This document shows positions 27,901 through 39,900 of a stretch of 64,000 nucleotides of DNA, piece after piece. This stretch comes from Mobula hypostoma (taxonomy: Eukaryota), in contig NC_086097.1 in the NCBI RefSeq assembly GCF_963921235.1, forward strand, positions 186,994,001-187,058,000, written 5' to 3'. Position numbers and translations under genes: made by a program. Below the pieces are notes generated by a model. That model worked only from the letters and a program-made list of their open reading frames with translations, searched no databases and had not been told where the DNA came from. Each line of letters begins with the position of its first letter. Position 1 is the stretch's first letter.

Positions 27901-30900
27901 TACCCATGTGTAAGATCACTTACACACAAGAGCTTCTGCAGATCAGCACACACCGTGCTGGAGGGACTCAGAAGGTCAGGGAGCTTCTAGGAAAATGATT
28001 AAAAAGTTTATGTTTCGGGGCGAAAACCTTCTTCAGGACTGCAAAGGAAGGGGGAAAATGCCAGATTAAAAACGTGAAAGGGAAAGGGGAAGGGGAAGGA
28101 GGACTAGCTAGAAGGTGATAGGGGAAGCCAGGAGGGTGGGAAAGGTAAAGAGCTGGGGAAGAAGGAATGTGATTGGAGAGGAGAGTGGAGCATGGGAGAA
28201 AGGGAAGAAGAAGGGCACCAGGAGGATGTGATAGGTAGGTGAGGAGGAGAAGAGGTACCTGTGAGCGAGCAAATCTCAAGGTTGTATAACTTTTAATATT
28301 TGCATACCTGTGCACTTGTAATGATACTGTGACACCGTAATTTCTTTTGGGATCAATAAAGTATGTATCTATCATTCTTTGTTAATAGATGTACTTGAAA
28401 TAAGGTAACAGGCCAGAATAGGGGGAGGGAACAAAAAAATTAATGAAAAGAAAAATGTATGTTCATGCCATCAAGTTGGAGACAACCTAGGTGGAATATG
28501 AGGTGTTGCTCCTCCATCCTGAGTGTGGCAAAGGATTCTGCAGATGCTGGAAATCCATAGCAACACACAAAATTCTGGAGGAACTCAGCAGGTGAGGCAG
28601 CACCTATGGAAATGAATAAAAGTTTTGATGTTTTTGGCAGAATCCCTTCATTAAGAAGGAACTGTTGGATGCAGTGAGGAACTTGTTATAGCCTATTTGC
28701 ATACTGGACCAGAGTTAAGACAGAGAAATCTTTTTTCTCCTGAATTCAAAGTTTGGGAAAATTACTGCATCCTCACACAGGACTTCACTTAGCTATTGAG
28801 TTTCCCAAACACGGATATTAAGTTTAGACTACTTCTGTAATTATGACTCTCTTCCTTGTAACGGGGATGGCTTGGATGTCCTTAAACCTCTACAGGAGGA
28901 ATCAGGCCAGAATGAAGGAAGGAATAAAATATTTAGGAATGTAACTTGTCCTAAACAGTAACAATGATATTTGTCTGAGAGGATTTAAAACATCAAATAT
29001 CTGGATGATACACAAAGTTATTAGATATCAGGTCTATATCTCGAAACAGCAAACAAATGATTAATCACATTTATGCTAGAAAATGCATGATCCGAGACCC
29101 TCTGTGGACAAGCCAAATGAGTGGAGGCATTTCTGTCCCTGAGATCTTGTGATGTGGAACTGGTATAGTTTCTTCATACTGTATGGGTAAGGGAGTCTTT
29201 GAACTTCCTGCAGTATTGGACTGACTACCTGACTAGCTGGTACAAAAAAAGTTAAAATATTGAAACACTGTTGGTGTTGTAGCTTCTCAGCTATTGAATC
29301 AGCATGGGATTAGCACTACTAAAAGGACGCGTATTATTTTCTAAAAAACTTTGTGCTTGAGTGCTATGCTGGGTGGCAGGGTGAGGCATGGTTGTACTTC
29401 AGCAGGGCTCAACAATACTTGCTCAGTATGCTGTTAAGCACTTCATCAGGAGGGAAGGATGGATTAGTAAGTTTGCAGATGATACAAAGGTTGGTAGAGT
29501 TGTGGATGGTGTAGAAGGTTGTTATAGATCACAACGGGACAGTGGTAGGATGCAGAACAGAGTTGAGAAATGGCAGATGGAATTCAATCTGGAGAAGTGT
29601 GAAGTGATACATTTTGGAAGGTCAAAACTGAAGGCAGAACACAAGGTTAATACTAGGATTCTTAGCAGTGTGGAAAAACAGAGGGATCTTGGGATCTATG
29701 TCTGCAGATCCCTCAAAGTGGCCATAAAAATTGTTAAGGTAGTTAACGAGCATATGGCAAGTTGACTTCAATAATCAGGGGATTGAGTTCAAGAGCCATG
29801 AGATAGTGTTGCAGCTCCATAAAAACACTGGTTAGAACACACTTGGAACATTGTGTTCAATTCTGGTTCCTCATTATAGGAAACACGTGGAAACTTTAGA
29901 GAGGGTGCAGAGGAGATTTACCAAGATGCTGCCTGCACTAGAGAGCATATCTTATGATGATAAGTTGATCGAATTAGGGCTTTTCTTTCTGGAGCAAAGG
30001 ATGGTAGCATAGTGATTGGCACATGCTTTATAGTACAAGCAACCTGGGTACAACTCCTGCTGCTGTTTTTAAGGAGTTTGTATGTTCCCCCCATGACCAC
30101 ATGGATTTTCACCCACAGTCTAACGATCGGTGGGTTAATTGGTCATTGTAAATTGTCCCATGAATAGGCCAGGGCAGTGTGGCTCAAGGGGCGAGGAGAG
30201 CTGTTCTGTACTGTATCTCAGTTTTTAAAAAATGATGAGAGGTTACTTGATAGAGTTGTATAAGATGATAAAACGAATAGATAAGAGGGGACAGCCAGGG
30301 CCGTTTTTCCAGGCGGTAATGGCCAATCGAGAACGCATCATTTTAAAGAAGACAAGTATGGAGGGGGATATCAGAAGTAGGTTTTCTCCCCCCCACAGAG
30401 TGGTGAGTGCATGGAATATGATGCCAGGGTTGGTGGTAGACATTAATACATTCAGGGCATTTAAGAAACTCTTAGATAGGCATATAGGTGATAGAAAAAA
30501 TTGAAGCACTAAGTAGGAGGGAGGGTTAAAATTTATCTTAATTAGGTACAAGTTTGGCATAATATTGTGGGCCGAAAGCCCTTTACTGTGCTGTAACGTT
30601 CTAAATTCTATATAAACTCCTCTTTGCCTCTCTCTGTAAATGAACTATATCCCAATCTACACTTTGATAGGCCTTTAAACTGTCACAATTCCACCAATCT
30701 TGGTATCATTCGCAAACCATCCAACCATATCTACATTTTCATCACTGATATACTGTACATCACAAAGACAGGTGCCAGCACCAATCCTGATGGAAGACCA
30801 CTGGTCATGGAACTCCAGCCAGAATAACAGTCTTCCTCTCCTACTGTCTTTTATCAGCAAGCCAATTCAAAATCCAAATTGCAATTCGCCCTGGATACCA

Positions 30901-33900
30901 TTCATATTTATCTTCTTAATCAGCGTACCATGAGGAACAATGCCTACTGCCTTAATAAACTCCTTGTAGATGTCAATTGTCTTATCCTCGTCAAACACCT
31001 GTATTACCTCAAGAAAATCAATCAAGTTTGTAAGGCATGACCTACCCTGCAAAAAGTAATGTTGTCCATAACCAATTTTGCCTTTACAAATGTGCAAAAG
31101 TCCACTGCCTAATTATCCTCTCCTATATCTTCCACACCACTGATGTGAGAATCACTGATCTAAAATAAACTGTGTTATCTCTATTTTCCCTTTATGAACA
31201 AGGGTACATTTACTACTCTCCAGGATTTGTGTAGGGGAGAGAGAATTCAAAAGAAGCGAGCAGGAACAGCTGGGATATTCTACGCACAACAGTTCCTGAA
31301 GAAATATTGTACAGTGCGTAATTAGGAACTTGGCAAGGGCCAATAAAAAGTTAGGTTTAACCAGAGCAGCCATTGTGGAAGCTGACATAGTGTGAGTAGA
31401 CCAGTGGTAGACTGGGGAGCTAAGGATTTGACTCGTAGAGGCTTCAGTGAGGTGAAGGCTGTTTATTTTTTCTTTCTTTTTGTACAATCAGAGCTATGGG
31501 GATGCCAAGCAGGGTAGTGGAATGCTCCTCTTGCAGGATGTGGGAAGGCAAGGAGACCTCCAGCGTCCCTGATGGCTACACCTGCAAGCGCATCTAGCTG
31601 CAGTTTCTTTTGGACTGTGTTAAGGAAGTGGAGATGAAACTGGACGAACTCGTGAGGCTGAGGGATTGATTGAGGGATTGATTAACAGAATGCACAGGGA
31701 GCTACAGCAGTTACATACAAGATGCAGGAAAAAGGTACCTGGGTGACGTTAAGGAGGGGGAAAGGGGACAGGCAGCCAGTGCAGAGTATCTTTGAATTGT
31801 TCCCCTCAACAACAGGTATTCTGCTTTGGGTACTGCTGGGTTGCGGGGGTGGAAAGTGGATGACCTTACAGAGAAAAGCCACAGTGGTCATCAGGTCTTC
31901 AGCTCTGAGTCTGGCTCTGTGGCTCAGAAGGTGGGAGAGAAGGGGAGGGGGTGAGAAAAGAGGAGTGCAGTAGTGCTAAGGGATTCCATAGTTAGAGAAG
32001 ACGACAGGAAATTCTGTGGGCGTGAAAGAGACACTCATGTGGTATGTTGCCTCCCAGGTGTCAGGGTCAGGAATATCTTGGATCGGGTCTCAGGTATTCT
32101 AAAAGAGGACGGCGACCAGCCAGTTATCTAGATACATATTGGTACTAATGAAATAGGTAGGAAAAGAGAGAAGCCCTAAAGAGAGAATATGAGGAGTTAG
32201 GTAGTAAGCTGAAAAGCAGGAGCTTAAGGGTAGTAATCTCTGGATTGCTGCCTGTGCCATGCACCAGTGAAGTTAAGAATAGCATGAATAAACTTGTCTT
32301 GGGCTTCCAGCCAGTATAGGTATCAATTTTAACTGATGTTTCGATAAGAAACTCTGCCATCTTCATCACAGATGATGGCTGGGCATGTTTCGTCTGGTGG
32401 TAATTATACCCCCATCATCCATACCTCCTGATTGGTTAGTCCTCATCCAAATAGGTTTCTGTTGCTCCACCTTGTTTACAATTGAATTCCAGTTCTTACT
32501 GAGTGAGACCTTCACTTTTGTAAAAACACTTTTCCTCTAGCTTTATTTCAATTGCTTCCTTCACTAGGTGGTCCCAAAAGCCATCGGTGCGGCACAGTAG
32601 TTTTGTGCCACAGTCAATCCTGTGGCCATTGCAAGTGCAATGTTCTGCTACTACCAATGTCTCCAGATAACCCAAATGGATCCTGTGCTTCTCGATGCGG
32701 GTTTCCACCGTGCATTCTGTCTGGTTGATATATGCTGCTCCGCAGTCACAAGGAATCCTAGCAACACCAACTGTTCTGAGCCTCAGGTCATCTTTGACCA
32801 CATAAGCTATGATTTGAGCTTTCCTACTAGTTTGTGGATGGTATTAATCTGGTATTACTTCAGGATCCTAGCCAGATGGCATTTCTTCAGAAACCGTGGA
32901 AATCCAGGGAAGACGGGCAATAGTGAAGGGTTCCCCTTGTTGTTAGGTTTTCTGGTTTTTCTGTTGGCCCATTTAAGGGCTCAATTGGTTCCCTCAACTT
33001 GTAGCCATTCTGTAGGAATGTTGTGCGTAATCGTCTTATTTTCTCATGGAGATTCTCCGATTCCAAAATTGGTTTTGCACGATTAATTAAAGTAGAAAGA
33101 ACCATTCTATGTTAGGAGGCGTCATGGTGGCTGTTACTGTTGAGATATCAGTCCATGTGAGTAGGTTTCCAATTTATGCCATGTGCAAGGCTACTGCCCG
33201 GGTTCTATCTTATTAGAATGTCCAGGAACAGACATTCTATTGTCTCCATCTCTATTGTAAATTGGATGTTTGGACGTATGCTGTTCGGATAGTCATGGAA
33301 CTGTTGGAGTGCCTAGAGTCCATGAGGCCACACTATGAAGGTGTCATCGATTTAACTGAAGTAGCATTTGGAGTGCAAGGGCAATGAACAGAAGAATATG
33401 ATGCTTTGGTAGACGAATGCATGGCTGAGGAATTGGTGCAGGGGGCAAGGTTTCAGATTTCTGGATGGTAGAAACAAAGGAACATAGAAACCTACAGAAC
33501 ATTACAGGCCCTTTGGCCCATAATATACACCTGTATCAGATCACCTCTCATCCTCTGTCACTCCAAGGAGAAAAAGCCATTTTCACTCAACCTATTCTCA
33601 TAAGGTATTTTCTCCAATCCAGGCAACATCTTTGGAAATCTCTTCTGCACTCTCTCTTTAGTATCCACATCCTTCCTCTAGTGAGGTGACCAGAAGTGAA
33701 CACAGTACCCCAAGTGGGGTCTAACTAATGTCTTATATAGCTGTAACATTACCTCGTGGCTCTTGAACTCAATCCCATGATTGATGAAGGCCAACACACC
33801 ATACACTTTCTTAACTGTCAACCCGCACAGCAGCTTAAGTGTCTTAGGGACACGGACCCCAAGATCTCACGGATCCGCCACACTGCCAAGAGTCTTACCA

Positions 33901-36900
33901 TTAATATTATATTCTGTCTTCAAATTTGATCTACCAAAATGAACCACTTCACGCTTAACTCCATCTGTCACATCTCAGCCCAGTTCTGCATCCTATCGAT
34001 GTCGTGCTGTAACCTCTAACAATCCTCCGGACTATCCACAACACCACCAACTTTTGTGTCATCAGAAAACTTACTAATCCACCCTTCTACTTCCTCATGC
34101 AGGTCATTTATTTAAAAAAAATCACAAAGAGGAGGGGTCCCAGAACAGATTCCTGCAGAACACCACTGGTCACCGACCTCCATGCAGAATACGAACCATC
34201 TACAACCACCCTTTGCCTTCTGTGATCAAGCCAATTCTGGATCCACAAAGCAAGGTCTCCTTGAATCCCATGCCTCATTACTTTCTGAATGAATCTCTCA
34301 TGGGGAATCTTATCAAATGCCTCACTGAAATCCATATACACTACATCCACTGCTGTACCTTCAATGGATTTTGTTACATCCTCAAAGAATTCAATCAAGT
34401 TCGTAAGGCACGACCTGCCCTTGATAAAGCCATGCTGACTATCCCTAATCAGATTATGTCTCTCCAAATGCTCATAAATCCTGCCTCTCAGGACTTTTTC
34501 CAACAACTTGTCCACCACTGAAGACAGACTCACTGGTCTATAATTTCCTGGGTTATCTCTACTGCCTTTCTTACTCTTCCAATACTCTAGTACTTCTCTC
34601 ATCCCTATTGATGATGCAAAAATCATTGCTAGGAGCTCAACAATCTCCTCCCTCACTTCCCACAGTAGCCTGGGGTATATCTCATCCGGTCCCAGTGACT
34701 TATCTAACTTAATAACTTTCAAAATCTCCAGCACATCCTCTTTCTTAATGTCTATACTCAAGCATTTCAGTCTGCTGTAAGTCATCCCCACAATTGCCAA
34801 GGTCCTTTTCACTGGTGAATACTGAAGCAAAGATCATTGTGATCTCTTCTGGGGAAGGTATGACCTGTACAAAAAGACAGTTACACCTGAACCTGAAGGA
34901 GACCAATATCATTGCGGGTAGGTTTGCTAGCATTGTTGGGGAGTGTTTAAACTATTTTAGCAGTGGAATGGGAATGGAAGTGTTCAGGCTGAGGATGGGG
35001 CAGTTGGTATACAAGAAGATGTGATGAAGGACATGAAGACAGGGCAAAATTGCAGTCAGTGAGATGAGGTGTGTAATTTGGGGGCAAAATCAATAAGAGT
35101 CAAGACTGAAGGAATTGCATTTGAATGCACATTATATATAGAATAAAGTAGATGATCATATAGTACAGTTATAGATTGGCAAATATGACATATGGACATC
35201 ACTGAGTCATGGCTGAAAGAATATTATAGTTGGGAATTTAACATCTAAGGACACACATTGTATCAAAAGGACAGGCAGCTTGGCAGAGGAGTTGGGGAGA
35301 CTCTGTTAGTAAAAATTGAAAAATCATCAGAAACAGGTGGTATAGGATCAGAAGATGTACAATCCTGGTGGATAGAGTTAACAAACTGCAAGGGTAAAAA
35401 GATCCTGATGGGAGTTATGGACAGACCTGCATACAGTGTCAAGATGTGGGTGACAAATTACAATGGGAGATAGACAAGGCATTAAAATGGGTAATGTTAC
35501 GACAGTCATGGGGCATTTCAGTATGCAGGTAGATTCGGATAAATCAGGTTCGTGCTAGATACCAAAAATTTGTACAATGCCCATGAGTTGAATTTTTAGA
35601 GCAACTTCTGATTGGGCCCACTAGGGAAAGGCAATTCTGGATTGGGTAACACACACAAAATGTTGAAGGACCTCAGCAGGCCAGGCAACACCTATAGAAA
35701 AGAATACAGTTGACGTTTCAGGCCGAGACTTGTCAGCAAAACTGGAGAAAAAGAGATGAGGAGTCAGAGTTAAAAGGTGGGGGGCGGGGGGGTGGAAGAG
35801 TTGGGAGAAACATAAAGTGATAGGAGAAACCAGGTGGGGGTGGGGAGAATAAAGAGCTGGGAAGTTGATTGGTGAAAGAGATACAGGGCTGGAGAAGGGG
35901 GAATCTAATAGGAGAGGACAGAAGAAAGAAAAGGGGGAGGACCACCAGTGGGAAGCAACGAGTAGGCAAGGTGATAAGGTGTTGGAGGGAAAAGGGCATG
36001 CAGAATGGTGGGAGGAGGCCATTACAGGAAGTAAGAAAAATCGATGCTCATACCGTCAGGTTGCAGGCTACCTAGACAGAATACAAGGTGTTGTTCCTCC
36101 AAGCTGAGTGTGGCCTCATCGTGACAGTAAAGGAGATATGGATTGACATGTCGGAATGTGAATGGGAGGCTTCTGGGAGATGGAGCATAGGTACTCAGTG
36201 AAGTGGTCTCCCAACCTGTATCGGTTTTCACCGATATACAGGAGGCCACACTGGGGGGACCGGATACATTATGTGATCCCAACAGACTCATAGGTGAAGT
36301 GTCGCCTCATCTGGAAGGATTGTTTGGGGCTTTGAATGGTAGTGGGGGAGGAGTTGTAGCACTTGTTCTGCTTACAAGGGTAAGTGCCAGAGGAAGATCA
36401 GCGGGGAGGGATGAAAGGACAAGGGAGATGCGTAGGGAGCAATCCCTGTGGAAAGCAGATTGTCTACTCATCGGCTCCCTCTGGTGCCCCTCCCCTTTTC
36501 TTTCTTCCATGGCCTTCTGTCCTCTCCTATTCTATTCCCTTTCTCCAGTCCTGTGTCTCTTCACTAATCAACTTCCCCGCTCTTTACTTCACCCCTGCCC
36601 CTCCCGGTTTCACCTATCATCTTGTGCTTCTCCCTCCCCTTGCCCCACTCTTAACTCCGACTCCTCATTTTTCTTCTCCAGTCCTGCTGAAGGGTCTTGG
36701 CTTGAGACGTCCACAGTACTCTTTTCCATAGTTGGCCTGTTGATTTCCTCCATCACCTTGTGTGTGTCGCTTGGATTTCCAGCATCTGCAGATTTTCTCA
36801 TGGTTGTGTCTGGATTGGGTGTTGTGTACCGAACCAGATTTAATTAGGGAGTTTAAGGTACAAGGAACCCTGAGGAGATGGTGATCATAATATGATAGAA

Positions 36901-39900
36901 CTCACCAAGCCATTTACAGGGAGAAGCTGAAGTCAGGTGTATCAGTATTACAATGGAATAAAGCGATGAGAGAGTTGCTGGTCAAAGTTGATTGGAAGGG
37001 GACACTAGCAGGAATAATGGCAGAACAGCAATGGCTGTAGTTTCTGGGAGCAATCTGGAGGTCTCAGGATATATACAAGCCAAAGGTGAAGTAGTATTCT
37101 AAATGGAGGATGACGCAACTGTGGTAGACAAGGGAAATCAAAGACAGTATGAAAGCAAAAGAGAAAGCATATAATACGGCAAAAATTAGAGGAAAGTTAG
37201 AAGATTAGGAAGTTTTCAAAAAGCCATAAGAAGACAAAGGATGAAATATGAAGGTAAAGCCTGCCAATGAAATAAAAGAGGGTACCAAATTTTTTTCAGA
37301 TATATAAAGAGCAAAGGAGAAGTGAGAGTATGTATCGAACTGCTGGATAATGACACCGGAGAGGTAGTAAAGAGAGACAAATAAATGGCGAATTAACTTA
37401 ATAAATATTTGTGTCAGTCTCCACTATGGAAGACACTAGCAGAGTGTCAGAAATTCAAGAGTGTTGGATGGTAGAAGTGAGTATACTTGGAAAAGATGCT
37501 TGGGAATCTGAAAGTTCTGAAGGTAGATAAGTCACCTGGACCAGATGGACTATACCCCAGTGCTCCGAAAGAAGTAGCAGAAGAGATTGTGCAAGTATTA
37601 GTAATGATCTTTCATGAATCACTAGATTCTGGAACGGTTCCAGAGAACAGGAAGATTGAAAATATCACTCCACCTCTTAAGAAGGGAGAGAAGCTGAAAA
37701 AGGAAATTACAGGCCAGCTAGCCTGATTTCAGTGGTCAGGAGAATGTTGGAGTCCATTATTAAGGACATGGTTTTGGGGTACTTGGTGGCACATGATGAA
37801 ATAAGCCAAGGTTAGGATGGCTTCCTTATGGGGAAAACTTTCCTGGAAATCCTGTTGGAATTCTTTGAGGAAATAACAAGCAGGATAGACTAAGGAGAGT
37901 CAGTAGATGTTGTTTACTTGGATTTATAGAAGGCCTTTGACTAGATGCCACACATAAGTCTACTTAAAAAGATAAAAGCACACACTTTACAGGAAAGATA
38001 CGAGCATGGATAGAAGATTGGCTGATTGGCAGGAGGCAAAGAATGGGAATAAAGGGGGGCTATTTCAGATTGGCGAAGATAGGTAGAGGTGCAGCTTGAG
38101 TTGAGGAAGCAGGGAGTCTGCAGAAGGATTTAGACAGATTGGGAGAATGGGCAAAGAAGTGGCAATTAGAATATAGTGTAGGGAAATGTATAGTCATGCA
38201 CTTTGGTTGAAAGGAATAAAGGTGTAGAGTATTTTCTAAATGGGGAGAAAATTCAAAAATCAGGTGCAGAGTGACTTGGGAGTCCTCATGCAGGATTCCC
38301 CAAAGGATAACTTGAAGGTTGAGTCAGTGGTAAAGAAGGCAAATGAAATGTTAGCATTCATTTCAAGAAGACTAGAATATAGAGAGGAGGTTCACAAGAA
38401 TGATTCTGGGAATGAACGGGTTAATATATGAAAAGCATTTGATGGCTCTGGGCCAGTACTCACTGGAGTTTAGATAAATGAGGAGGGATCCCTTTGAAAC
38501 CTATTGAATTTTGGAAGGCCTACACAGAGTGCATGTGGAGAATATATTTCCTATAGTGGGGAAATTTAGGACCAGAGGGCATAGCCTCTGAACAGAGGAA
38601 TATTCATTTAGAACAGAGATGAGGAGGAATTTGTTTAGCCAGAAGATAGTGAAACTATGGAATTCATTGCCACAGGTGGCTGTGGAGGCCAAGTCATTGG
38701 ATATATTTAAAGCAGAAGTTAATAGGTTCTTGATTAGTCAGGGTGTCAAACTGACTGGCAGAAAGCAGTAGGATGACATTGAGAAGGATAATAAATCAGC
38801 CACGATGAAATGCGGAGCACAATCAATGTACTGAATGACCTACTTCTGTTCCTTTGTCGTCTGGGCTTGTCTTATTTCACCTGTGACTATTGATGGGTCA
38901 AATTTCTTGAACGAAGCCTCAGTGATCGCTTCACATATTTCTTCCATTGTTTTAGGATATATGACATTAGGCCCTGGAACCTTAGCCAACAATGTTTTTC
39001 TGAATTCTAAGCATTACCTCATCAATCTCAAAATGTCCCAGCACATTAGCATGCCCCACTCAGCTTTTACTATCTTCCTAATCCTTCTCCTTGGTAAACA
39101 CTGATTCAAAGTAACACACACAAAGTGCTGGAGGAACTCAGCAGGCCAGGCAGCATCTATGGAAAAAGTGTACAGTTGATATTTCAGACCAAGACCCTTC
39201 AGCAGGACTGGATTAAAAAAAAGATGAGGAGTAGAGTTAGAAGATGGACGGTGGGGGGGGGGGGGAGGGAGAAACACAAGGTGATAGGTGAAACCGGGGG
39301 GGGGGGGGTGGGAGTGAAGTAAGCAGCTGGGAAGTTGATTGGTGATGGAGATGGGGGAGTCTGACAGGAGAGGACAGAAGGCCACAAAAGAAAAGTGCAG
39401 AGGTGTGCCAGAGGTGATGGGCAGGGAAGGCAATAGTGTGAAAGAGGGAAAAGGGGTAGTGGAATGGTGAAGGGAGGGGTATTACAGGAGGTTTGAGAAA
39501 TCAATGTTCCTCCACCCTAAGTGTGGCCTCATCATGACAGTGGAAGAAGCCATGGAAAGACATATTGGAATGGAAATAAAAGTGGAATTAAAATGGGTGG
39601 CCACTGGAATATCCCGCTTTTTAGACAATAGACAATAGGTACAGGAGTAGGCTATTCGGCCCTTTGAGCCAGCACCGCTACTCACTGTGATCATGGCTGA
39701 TCATCCACAATCAGTACCCCATTCCTGCCTTCTCCCCATATTCCTTGATTCCACTATCATTAAGAGCTCTACCTAACTCTGGCGGACGGAGTGCAGGAGC
39801 TTGGTGAAACCCAATTTACGTTGGGTTTCATCAATACACAGGAGGTCATCCTGGGTGCACTGAACACTGTGCATGACCCCAACTTCATCAGACTCACAGA

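Larger units (their letters stand above)
31330..38870 (+). mobile_element. Near-full-length old CR1 (ORF1 zinc finger + SGNH esterase, ORF2 APE-RT, 3' end), split by three nested insertions
   Basis: ORF1 [10 protein letters not shown] (about 31515), DSIVR/CCLPG/HIGTNEI (31970-32160); collinear pieces at 33392-33466, 34832-35647 and 36809-38870. Confidence 0.85.

Noticed and set aside
30000..30075. tRNA gene
   Set aside because: It is a degenerate SINE head; no cloverleaf can be built.
36203..36847. 214-aa ORF
   Set aside because: It is an antisense or chance frame across the PLE inversion junction.
39250..39315. Poly-G runs as a functional G-quadruplex
   Set aside because: They lie in the purine-rich PLE UTR and are likely homopolymer slippage or sequencing error; nothing points to function.
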